Of a DNA stretch of 64,000 nt, positions 56,718 through 64,000 are shown in pieces (position 1 is the first letter of the stretch; each line of letters begins with the position of its first letter). The position numbers and the translations under genes were made by a program. The notes under the pieces are model-generated. The model was not told the DNA's origin. It was given only the letters and a program-made list of their open reading frames with translations, and made no database searches. Source of the stretch: an uncultured Verrucomicrobiae bacterium (GTDB lineage Bacteria > Verrucomicrobiota > Verrucomicrobiia > Limisphaerales > Palsa-1400); contig CAVPOM010000018.1 of the NCBI GenBank assembly GCA_963707025.1, positions 160,001 through 224,000 on the forward strand, read 5' to 3'.

Positions 56718-59239
56718 TTTCCAAGCGAGACCAGATTGGCAAACAGCCGGTAGGCTCCCGGCACGCCGTCGGGCAATTGCCGGAACCAGGAGAGAGCGGT
56801 ATAGGTGAAATAACCCCTGCCGTATTGCGCCACGAGCAGGCTGCCCTTGAGCGGCGCCTCGCCAGGGTCATGGCAGGCGAGCAACGGGGTGAAATGCTCA
56901 TCCCACTGGCTGGCAAAGTAAGCGCCGCGCTCCTGCACCCAGCCGTCGAAATCCGCCGGGACAATTTTGTTGGGCGTGTTGAAAACCGGATGATCGGGCG
57001 CCAGCAGCGTCATCTCGGCCGTCTCGTCCGTCACCCGTTCCCCGGAGACGGCAAGGCTGTAAGGGGCAAGCTGCATCACGCTCGGCCCTCTCTGGCTCGG
57101 ACGGTTGTAAAGAACAATGACATTGCCGCCGTTGGTCGCGAAATCGAACAACCCGGTCAAATGCGGCGCGAGGTCGGTGCGGACGTTGAAGGCGCGAATG
57201 CCCGCCACCACCGCATCCAGACCCTGTAGTTTCTCCGGCGTCAAATCCGCGCCGGTCAGCGGTGTCACCGCGCAGCCCATCCGCGCCAGCGCCTCGGCCA
57301 CCTCGTCGCCCGCGCCGGGAATGTAACCGACTTTGCGGGCGCGCATGGCCATTTCGAGGCTCAAGGCTTTGAGACGCGCGGGCGGCTGGAGCAACTGGGG
57401 CGGGATATGCTCGTAGTGTTCTTTAAGCTCCACCCGGCCAGTGTGCCAGGTCGCGCCACCCACATTCGCAACCGCCAGAAACTCCCCCGTGCCGGTCTGG
57501 GTCGGCGCGGTGATGGTGAAGGTAAAGCGCGCGCTCCCGCCTGAATTGCCCAGGGAAAAAGGTTGGGCTGCCGGCGTCACCTTCCAACCCGCCGGCGCCT
57601 CCAGTCGCAGCGTGCCCCTGGCATGGTCCCGCGCCGCCGTGACTTCCACCTCCGCGTCCCGCGCCGCGCCCGGCGGAAAAAGTCCTACATCGTCCACAAA
57701 TTTCAGCGACACCGGCGGGATGACCCGCAATGGAAGATGGCTCTCTCTTTGCACCGGCTCGTCGGTCACGGAGAATTCTTCGCCGTTCACCGCAAAGACC
57801 TGTTCAATGGGAAAAACGGGGGGGTTCTCCGGCCGGCCGATCAGCGAAACGTCGTCCACCCGGAAACGCCCGGCGGTGCCCTCTTCGCGCAACCAGTAAG
57901 GCTGGGTAATCGGCGTGTTGGTTGGGAGGACGCTGTTCAACTCGTGCATAATGAACCCGCCGGACTCCAAATTCTTCGGCCCAGGTCCGATTATTTCCTT
58001 GGTCCTGCCAGGATAGCGCACTCCGAGCCAGCGCACCGGCACGTCGCTGCGCAGGGTCACCTTAGTGCGCTGTGGCAGCGTTTCGCCCGGCACCACTTCG
58101 GCCTGCGCGATAGTCGTTTCCACCTCAAGCCCAAGGCACTCCTGCAAAATGTGATCCAATTGATGGCGCTTTTCATCCAGCACGATGTCCGCAGGCAGGC
58201 CGGCCAGAAGGTGATGGATTTTAATCAGGGCGGGCACGCTCGCCGCCGGGTGCGCCGGGTCGAAGTGCGCGATCACTTCATCGGTCATCGCCCCGATCTC
58301 CTTGCCGCCCGGGACGCGGCCCCAGGTTGTGTCCACCCCGTCAAATATATCGTTGGTCGCCGGTTCCCCGGCCAGGAAGGTAAAACCGGCGCTGCCCGCG
58401 CCCCCGCGCCCGCCCCTGCCGAAATTGCCAAGGCCCTGCGTTTTGTGCATGGAACGGCTGCGGCCGGCGATGACCCCGAATTCCGCGGGCACCTCCATCG
58501 TCAGCGAGCGTCCGCGGTTTTGGAGAAGCCGTTTGGGCTGCCAGGGTTTTAATTCGCCCAGTTGTTCGGGAAAAGCCTTGGGGTCGCCCGCCAGTTTGAA
58601 GGCTTCGCCCGCCAGTATGGCTGAGGCGGTGTGATGCCCGTGCTGGCCGCCGCCGCCATTGGTGGAAAAGTTGGCGACGACCACGTCCGGCCGGAAGGTG
58701 CGCATGACCCGCACAACGTCGGACAACACTTCTTGCTCGCCCCAGAATTTGAACGTCTCCCGGTAATCCTTGGAAAACCCAAAATCCTTGGCCCGGGTAA
58801 AAAACTGCTGGCCGCCGTCAATGCGCCGCGCCGCCAGCAATTCCTGGGTGCGGATCACGCCCAGCTCGTCCCCGATCTCCGGTCCGAGCACGTTCTGCCC
58901 GCCGTCGCCGCGCGTGACCGAGAGATAAGCGGTGCGACAATAGCGGCCCCTGGCCAGAAAGGCGATCAGGGTCGAGTCTTCGTCGTCCGGATGCGCCGCA
59001 ACCAAGAGCAGGCTTCCCATCTGGCGAAAACTGCGCAGTTCCTGGAGAATGTCCGGAGAAGGATCCGCGCCAGCCAGGGTGAGGAACGGCAAAAGGATGA
59101 AGGCAAAAGGAAGAAGTCCGCCCAGAAAAAGAGGCCCGCGGCGGCGGGCCTGTAAGGCGCGCGCCGCCCCGCGGAACCGGGGCGCAGGGCTTGGGCAGAG
59201 GAGAGGCAACGGCATCATCACGGCATCAGGTGCATTCAC
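56714..59239 (-). CDS. Large exported PIG-L family deacetylase with Ig-like and class I glutamine amidotransferase-like C-terminal domains
   Basis: Hydrophobic N-terminal segment; AAHPDDED, TRGDGGQN, DFGFSK, HGHH; GWVQERG, FRQLPDGVPGAYRLFANL; start uncertain. Confidence 0.85.
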   Translation of the reverse strand: MNAPDAVMMPLPLLCPSPAPRFRGAARALQARRRGPLFLGGLLPFAFILLPFLTLAGADPSPDILQELRSFRQMGSLLLVAAHPDDEDSTLIAFLARGRYCRTAYLSVTRGDGGQNVLGPEIGDELGVIRTQELLAARRIDGGQQFFTRAKDFGFSKDYRETFKFWGEQEVLSDVVRVMRTFRPDVVVANFSTNGGGGQHGHHTASAILAGEAFKLAGDPKAFPEQLGELKPWQPKRLLQNRGRSLTMEVPAEFGVIAGRSRSMHKTQGLGNFGRGGRGGAGSAGFTFLAGEPATNDIFDGVDTTWGRVPGGKEIGAMTDEVIAHFDPAHPAASVPALIKIHHLLAGLPADIVLDEKRHQLDHILQECLGLEVETTIAQAEVVPGETLPQRTKVTLRSDVPVRWLGVRYPGRTKEIIGPGPKNLESGGFIMHELNSVLPTNTPITQPYWLREEGTAGRFRVDDVSLIGRPENPPVFPIEQVFAVNGEEFSVTDEPVQRESHLPLRVIPPVSLKFVDDVGLFPPGAARDAEVEVTAARDHARGTLRLEAPAGWKVTPAAQPFSLGNSGGSARFTFTITAPTQTGTGEFLAVANVGGATWHTGRVELKEHYEHIPPQLLQPPARLKALSLEMAMRARKVGYIPGAGDEVAEALARMGCAVTPLTGADLTPEKLQGLDAVVAGIRAFNVRTDLAPHLTGLFDFATNGGNVIVLYNRPSQRGPSVMQLAPYSLAVSGERVTDETAEMTLLAPDHPVFNTPNKIVPADFDGWVQERGAYFASQWDEHFTPLLACHDPGEAPLKGSLLVAQYGRGYFTYTALSWFRQLPDGVPGAYRLFANLVSLGK

Positions 59240-59260
59240 TTTCCTGGGTATCTGCGCTTC

Positions 59261-59283
59261 ATCTTAATCACAATCTTAATCTT
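59261..59283. repeat. Degenerate (TAATCY)n single arm
   Basis: ATCTTAATCACAATCTTAATCTT. Confidence 0.6.
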
Positions 59284-59394
59284 CTTCGTGCCATTGGCAA
59301 TCAATTTCAAAAGCGAGAACGGACACTGGCACGCTGACCCTGGCAGGGCAAGATCTGCCGTTTGACTTTTTCCGGGAGAGTCGGATGTTATGCC

Positions 59395-59745
59395 ATGAAA
59401 ACTAAACTATTGAGATTGGTTTTGTTGGCCTCCTTGGCGGGGCTGTTCGCGGCGGGATGCACTGTGTATGTCAGGCCGCCGGCGGCCCAAGTGGCTGTCA
59501 GTGCGCCAGGCGAGGTGGTGGTGGAGGGAGCTCCGCCGCCCGCCCCTCCCTACGTGGATGTGGTGACGCTCAGTCCAGGCCCGGATTTCATCTGGATTGG
59601 CGGAGCTTGGTTCTGGGGAGGCGGTCGTTGGCAGTGGGAACGAGGTCACTGGGCCCGTCCGCCGCATCGCGGCGCGGTTTGGGTGGCTCACCATTACGAG
59701 TATCGCAACGGACGGCATGTATTTGTCCGGGGTGGATGGAGATAA
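59395..59745 (+). CDS. YXWGXW-repeat lipoprotein
   Basis: Lipobox-like FAAGC; WIGGAWFW, WERGHW, WVAHHY, VRGGW. Confidence 0.85.
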   Translation: MKTKLLRLVLLASLAGLFAAGCTVYVRPPAAQVAVSAPGEVVVEGAPPPAPPYVDVVTLSPGPDFIWIGGAWFWGGGRWQWERGHWARPPHRGAVWVAHHYEYRNGRHVFVRGGWR

Positions 59746-59765
59746 CCGGGTTCAAAAACGCCAAG

Positions 59766-59901
59766 CAGAGCGGTTTTACAAATACTGTAGCCGCAGCACG
59801 CGGCAGGGCCGGTCCCGAATTATCGGGACCCGCCGTGGCGCGCACGGAGTGTACGTCCTGCCATCCTCATTCAGGGCTGCACAATTTCTAAAACCGCCCT
59901 G
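59766..59901. mobile_element. 136-bp MITE-like element with IS630-like TIRs enclosing a REP
   Basis: CAGAGCGGTTTTACAAAT / ATTTCTAAAACCGCCCTG, 16/18 inverted. Confidence 0.65.
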
Positions 59902-59924
59902 TTGCGAAGTTTGCCGGCCATGCA

Positions 59925-60842
59925 TCAGTGCAGGCCGGCGATCACTTCCTGGTTCATCTTGAAGTAGGGAGTGCCCGGCCCCTCCACCTGAATGGCGAGT
60001 TGGCTGGATTGGTTGGCGGCGGCGACGGCGCCATCGCGGTCGCCTTCTTTGGCCAGGATTTTCGCCTTGAGATGGAGCAATTGATAGGAGATGGGCGGAT
60101 GGGTCGCCAGCCCCATGTTGACCCACAGCAAGGCCTGAGTCAGGTCCTTGGTGTGGTCGAAGTAAAAGGTCGCGGCCCGGAGGTAGGTTTCGGGCTGCTT
60201 TTTGGCCGGGGAATCCATGGAGGCCTGAATGCGGACCAGGAGATCGCTGACGATGCTGACTTCCACTTTCACCGGAACGCGCACCCGGTCCCAAATCAAA
60301 TTGATGGTGGCCGAATCGTCCTGGAGATCGTTGACATCAATGGTAAAAGTCTCGACGGGCGGATCAATCTTGACCGGCGTCACTTTGAAGCGCGCGACAT
60401 CCTTCCTGGGGTCATAACCGTCTTTGCCCCAAAGTCCGGCATCTTTGTTCAGGATGACGGTCCAGGCCTTTTCGTCCGGGATGGTGTAGAGGCCGTATTC
60501 GCCTGCGGGAACTTCCTGGCCGTCGGCCCCGCCTAATTTTACCGGAGTGCTGAACGAGATCTTGGTGGAGGCGTTGTCGCCGGTACGCCAGAGATCGTTG
60601 TAGGGAACGATGCCGGCGAAAACGGCATGATGCCTCCTGCTGGGCCGGGAATAAACGATTTTAATCTCGGTCAATCCGACGCGTTGAATATTGGTGCAAG
60701 CCGGGCTGGCCTGGGGAAGCTCTGGAAACCGGATGGGGGGAGTGGCGGGCTGCATGGCCGCCGGGGTCTGCGCCGGCACGCCCCCGGCCAGAGCCAGCCC
60801 GGAGACGAAGAGGAGCGCGCAGGGCAATTTTGCGGGATTCAT
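59925..60842 (-). CDS. DUF2911-domain secreted protein with helical C-terminus
   Basis: ASP, YSRP, VPYNDLWRTGDN, VPAGEYGLYTIP. Confidence 0.85.
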   Translation of the reverse strand: MNPAKLPCALLFVSGLALAGGVPAQTPAAMQPATPPIRFPELPQASPACTNIQRVGLTEIKIVYSRPSRRHHAVFAGIVPYNDLWRTGDNASTKISFSTPVKLGGADGQEVPAGEYGLYTIPDEKAWTVILNKDAGLWGKDGYDPRKDVARFKVTPVKIDPPVETFTIDVNDLQDDSATINLIWDRVRVPVKVEVSIVSDLLVRIQASMDSPAKKQPETYLRAATFYFDHTKDLTQALLWVNMGLATHPPISYQLLHLKAKILAKEGDRDGAVAAANQSSQLAIQVEGPGTPYFKMNQEVIAGLH

Positions 60843-60935
60843 GGCTCGGAGAAGAAATTGCGATTGGCCAGAGATTCGCCGCGGCCGGCAGCCGGCCGCG
60901 GCAAAGATTAAGGAGAAAACACCGCGTGCCTGGCC

Positions 60936-61475
60936 TTAAGGGGCATTGCTAAACGCAACGGAATACTGCGTCTTTTCCCACTGGATCTTGATCACGCCAC
61001 CGGAACCCTCCGCGGCCACGGAAAGGGTGAGTTGGTCCATCTGGGTATCCAACGGCGCTTTCTTCAAGTCCACCCGGGCCAAATCGTTCTTTTCATCCAC
61101 CGGAATTCCCCACTTGCCGGTGGTCTTGCTGATGGCCAGCTTGGAGGTGCCGGATTCCGATGGAACCATGTAGAGAGTATAAGTGCCGGCGGGCACCGTC
61201 GTGCCGCCCAGAACGATGCCTTTTTCGCAGACCAGGGTGGTGGCTTGATCCGCTCCCAGCCGCCAGGCCTTGTCCCACGGCACCAGAGATCCCCAGACTT
61301 TGCGCACCACATCGGTGCCGGGTTTCTTGCTGAAAGGCCGTCCGTAAGTAATCTTGACAGCGTTGCCACCGATGGTGGCGCTGACCGTATCATGAGGGCT
61401 GACTCCGCCCAGAGCGGGCAATACCGTGGCCGCGCTGAGCGCTGTGACAATAAATGCGTGTTTTAACATTTTCAT
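60936..61475 (-). CDS. DUF2911-domain secreted protein
   Basis: SP, YGRP, LVPWDKAWRLGADQAT, VPAGTYTLY. Confidence 0.85.
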   Translation of the reverse strand: MKMLKHAFIVTALSAATVLPALGGVSPHDTVSATIGGNAVKITYGRPFSKKPGTDVVRKVWGSLVPWDKAWRLGADQATTLVCEKGIVLGGTTVPAGTYTLYMVPSESGTSKLAISKTTGKWGIPVDEKNDLARVDLKKAPLDTQMDQLTLSVAAEGSGGVIKIQWEKTQYSVAFSNAP

Positions 61476-61617
61476 AGTGCGATTTCTGTTCTCCTGAGTT
61501 TATTTGAAGTTTGTGCCGCGAATAACTTTTTGTTTCATGGCGCCGTCACTTTAGAACAGCCGCGCCAAATGACAAGACGAAAATGGCGCCCAGCGCGTTA
61601 CATGAAAAAGCGGGAGG

Positions 61618-62478
61618 TCAGCCGGCCAGGCCGGACAGATAAGCGAGGATCAATCGGGGCAGATCGTCGCTGTAGCCGCCTTCCAGAACGCTGAAGGACG
61701 GAACCGCCAGCCGGCGCACGGTTTGACCCAGCCAATGAAAGTCCTCCTCTTCCAGGGTGCCCTCGGCCAGGGGATCGCCGCGATAGGCGTCGAAGCCGGC
61801 GGAAACGGCCACCAGGCCGGGCTGGTATTTTTTCAGCCGGGCCACGGCCTTTTCCAAAATGGCGCGGTACTCCGGGCGCGGGGTCCCAGGCGGGACTGGG
61901 AAATTGAAACAATTGCCGCCGCGATCGGCCTGGCCGGAGCCGGGATAGCAGGGATGCTGGTGGATGGAAAGGAAGGCGCAACCGGGTTGGTCAAGAAGAA
62001 TATCTTCCGTGCCGTTGCCGTGGTGGACATCAAAATCGAAGACGGCCACGCGCTGGCAGCCGGCGGCGCGGGCCTCCAGGGCGGCGATGGCGATGGAGTT
62101 GAGGTAGCAAAAGCCCATGGCGCGGTCCCGGGTGGCGTGGTGGCCGGGCGGACGCATCAGGCTGAAGGCCATCTCGCCCGCGCGGGCCGATTGCAGGGCT
62201 TGCAAAGCGCCGCCCACGGCGCGGCGGGCGTGGGCGGCAATTTGGGGATAAGCAGGGGTGTCGGCATCAATGTCGAATGGGATGTCCAGCCGCTGGAGGT
62301 GTTCCGGGGAGTGGGCGCGGAGGAGGGAGGCTTCCTCGACGGGAAGCGGTTCGCCCCAGGCCAGGCGGAGCGCGTCCTGGGATTTGAGGGCAGCAAGGGC
62401 GGCGAAGATGCGTCCGGGGCCTTCGGGATGGCCGGGGGCCGAGAATTCGGCGCAACGTATGTCAGTTATAATTTTCAT
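61618..62478 (-). CDS. Histone deacetylase-family amidohydrolase
   Basis: HPEGPGR, RPPGHHA, MGFC, DFDVHHGNGT, SAGFDAY, LEGGY. Confidence 0.93.
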   Translation of the reverse strand: MKIITDIRCAEFSAPGHPEGPGRIFAALAALKSQDALRLAWGEPLPVEEASLLRAHSPEHLQRLDIPFDIDADTPAYPQIAAHARRAVGGALQALQSARAGEMAFSLMRPPGHHATRDRAMGFCYLNSIAIAALEARAAGCQRVAVFDFDVHHGNGTEDILLDQPGCAFLSIHQHPCYPGSGQADRGGNCFNFPVPPGTPRPEYRAILEKAVARLKKYQPGLVAVSAGFDAYRGDPLAEGTLEEEDFHWLGQTVRRLAVPSFSVLEGGYSDDLPRLILAYLSGLAG

Positions 62479-62479
62479 G

Positions 62480-63370
62480 TTACAAAAGGCCGGCGTCTTG
62501 CAGGCGCTGGATCTCGGCGGTGTAGCCCTGGCGGAAGGTGGGATAACGGAAGGAATAGCCCAGCTCCATTTTGAGCTTGCGATTGAGAACTTTTTTGTTG
62601 GTGACGCCGCGCTTGGCGGCGGAGGCGGCGGATTCGGGGACGAAAGGGGGCATGTTCCTGCCCAGGGTCTCGGAGAGCCAGCGGAAGAAATGGATCTGCG
62701 GCACCGGCTCGTCGTCCACCAGATTGTAGATTTCCCCCGGACGGCCGCTTTGCAGGGCGGTGAGGATGGCGCCCATGACATCGTCGCGGTGGATCATGTT
62801 GAGGCAGCGTTCGCCCCGCCCCGGAATGGTCGCCTCGTTTTTCAGGTAGCGGAGGAAGTGATGGCCGCGCCCGGGGCCGTAAATGCCGGCCACGCGCAGG
62901 AGGACGGCGGGAAATTGTATTTCGCGGACGGAATCGAGCAGGAGCTTTTCGGCGGCGAGGAGGATGCGGCCGGTTGGGGTGGCCGGTTGGGCGGGGCTGG
63001 TTTCCTTGACCTGGGAGGCGTCGCTCTGGCCATAGACGCTGGTGCTGCCGGTGTGGATGAATTTTTGGGGCGGGGCCGGGGCCAGCCAGCGGAGCAGATT
63101 GCGGGTGCCTTCGAAATAGACCTCCTGATATTCCTCCGCTCCGCCCCTGGCAGAAGAAATGGTGTTGACAATCCAATCGTAGGGGAGGGGCACCCTGGCC
63201 AGATCGCCGGGCCGGGTGATGTCGGCGGTGATGGGCTGAAGGCCGGCGCTTTGCAGGCTGGCGGCGCCGGCAGCGGAACGGCGGAGGCCGGAGACGGCAT
63301 GGCCCAGGCGGAGGAGTTGGACGCCCAGAGGCAGGCCCACGTAGCCGCAGCCGATGATGAGAACGCGCAC
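62480..63370 (-). CDS. Atypical SDR / NAD-dependent epimerase (YeeZ-like)
   Basis: VLIIGCGYVG, STSVYG, LRVAGIYGPGR, RYPTFRQG; start moved to GTG 63370. Confidence 0.88.
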   Translation of the reverse strand: MRVLIIGCGYVGLPLGVQLLRLGHAVSGLRRSAAGAASLQSAGLQPITADITRPGDLARVPLPYDWIVNTISSARGGAEEYQEVYFEGTRNLLRWLAPAPPQKFIHTGSTSVYGQSDASQVKETSPAQPATPTGRILLAAEKLLLDSVREIQFPAVLLRVAGIYGPGRGHHFLRYLKNEATIPGRGERCLNMIHRDDVMGAILTALQSGRPGEIYNLVDDEPVPQIHFFRWLSETLGRNMPPFVPESAASAAKRGVTNKKVLNRKLKMELGYSFRYPTFRQGYTAEIQRLQDAGLL

Positions 63371-63380
63371 GGAAGAGTTT

Positions 63381-63413
63381 GAGATTAAGATTAAAATCAG
63401 GATCAAGATTAAG
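63381..63413. repeat. Degenerate (RGATTA)n single arm
   Basis: GAGATTAAGATTAAAATCAGGATCAAGATTAAG. Confidence 0.7.
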
Positions 63414-63436
63414 AAAGGGGCCGGAGAAGCGCGGGC

Positions 63437-64000
63437 TTATGGCAGAGCGGGGGTGTGAAGGGTTTTGGCGCAGGCGGCGGCGATAAAACCTTTGAAGAGG
63501 GGATGGGGCTGGTTGGGCTTGCTCTGGAATTCGGGGTGGAATTGGCAGGCGAGAAAGAAAGGATGGGAGGGCATCTCAATGAGCTCGACGAGCTTGTTAT
63601 CGGGGGAAGAGCCGCTGAAGACATAGCCGGCTTTTTCAAAAGCGGGGCGATAGGCATTGTTGAATTCGTAACGGTGGCGGTGGCGCTCGTTGGCCACGAA
63701 GGCGCCATAAAGGCGGCCGGCCTGGGAACCGACGGCCAACTGGCAGGGCTGGAGACCCAGGCGCATGGTGCCGCCTTTGCGGGTGATGTTTTTCTGCTCA
63801 TCCAGCAGGGCGATGACGGGATGGGGAGTTTTGGGATCAAATTCGGTGGAGTGGGCGCCGGCCAGTTTGAGGACGTGGCGGGCGAATTCGATGGTGGCAA
63901 TTTGCATGCCCAGGCAAAGGCCCAGGTAAGGCACCTTTTTTTCGCGGGCGAACTGGGCGGCCAGGATTTTGCCTTCGATGCCGCGCTCGCCAAAACCGCC
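63437..64000 (-). CDS. pyrG: CTP synthase, glutaminase domain (partial, 3' end)
   Basis: [41 protein letters not shown]. Confidence 0.96.
   Translation of the reverse strand, partial: GGFGERGIEGKILAAQFAREKKVPYLGLCLGMQIATIEFARHVLKLAGAHSTEFDPKTPHPVIALLDEQKNITRKGGTMRLGLQPCQLAVGSQAGRLYGAFVANERHRHRYEFNNAYRPAFEKAGYVFSGSSPDNKLVELIEMPSHPFFLACQFHPEFQSKPNQPHPLFKGFIAAACAKTLHTPALP

Overview
High-GC chromosomal window that looks like a Verrucomicrobiota (Pedosphaera/Limisphaerales-type) genome; this taxonomy is inferred from lineage-typical prepilin-like, ECF-sigma, secretin and surface-protein families. It holds about 50 genes, mostly housekeeping or metabolic (coaB-like, an Hsp70, folP-cdaA-cdaR-glmM, sod, ymdB, xseA, pyc, 3' end of pyrG), plus sugar enzymes (GH51, PL4 rhamnogalacturonan lyase, Tat oxidoreductases), mazEF and one complete IS630-family element. 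No rRNA, tRNA or CRISPR array was seen. Three things stand out. (1) A tightly coupled six-gene operon (exported PIG-L deacetylase, 56-aa membrane protein, Na+:solute symporter, a half-length BshC-like protein, bshB, bshA) suggests a variant bacillithiol-type thiol pathway with an attached import/salvage arm. (2) A BlaI repressor is coupled to a 1308-aa BlaR1/M56 protease fused, through an internal lipobox, to a degenerate secretin. (3) The intergenic DNA is full of nested non-autonomous palindromic elements: TIR shells carrying REP cores carrying micro-palindromes, and (TAATCY)n hairpins. Two genes (glmM and a YncE-like propeller) have single-base frameshifts that may be assembly errors. All family calls are by-eye motif recognition, with no searches run.
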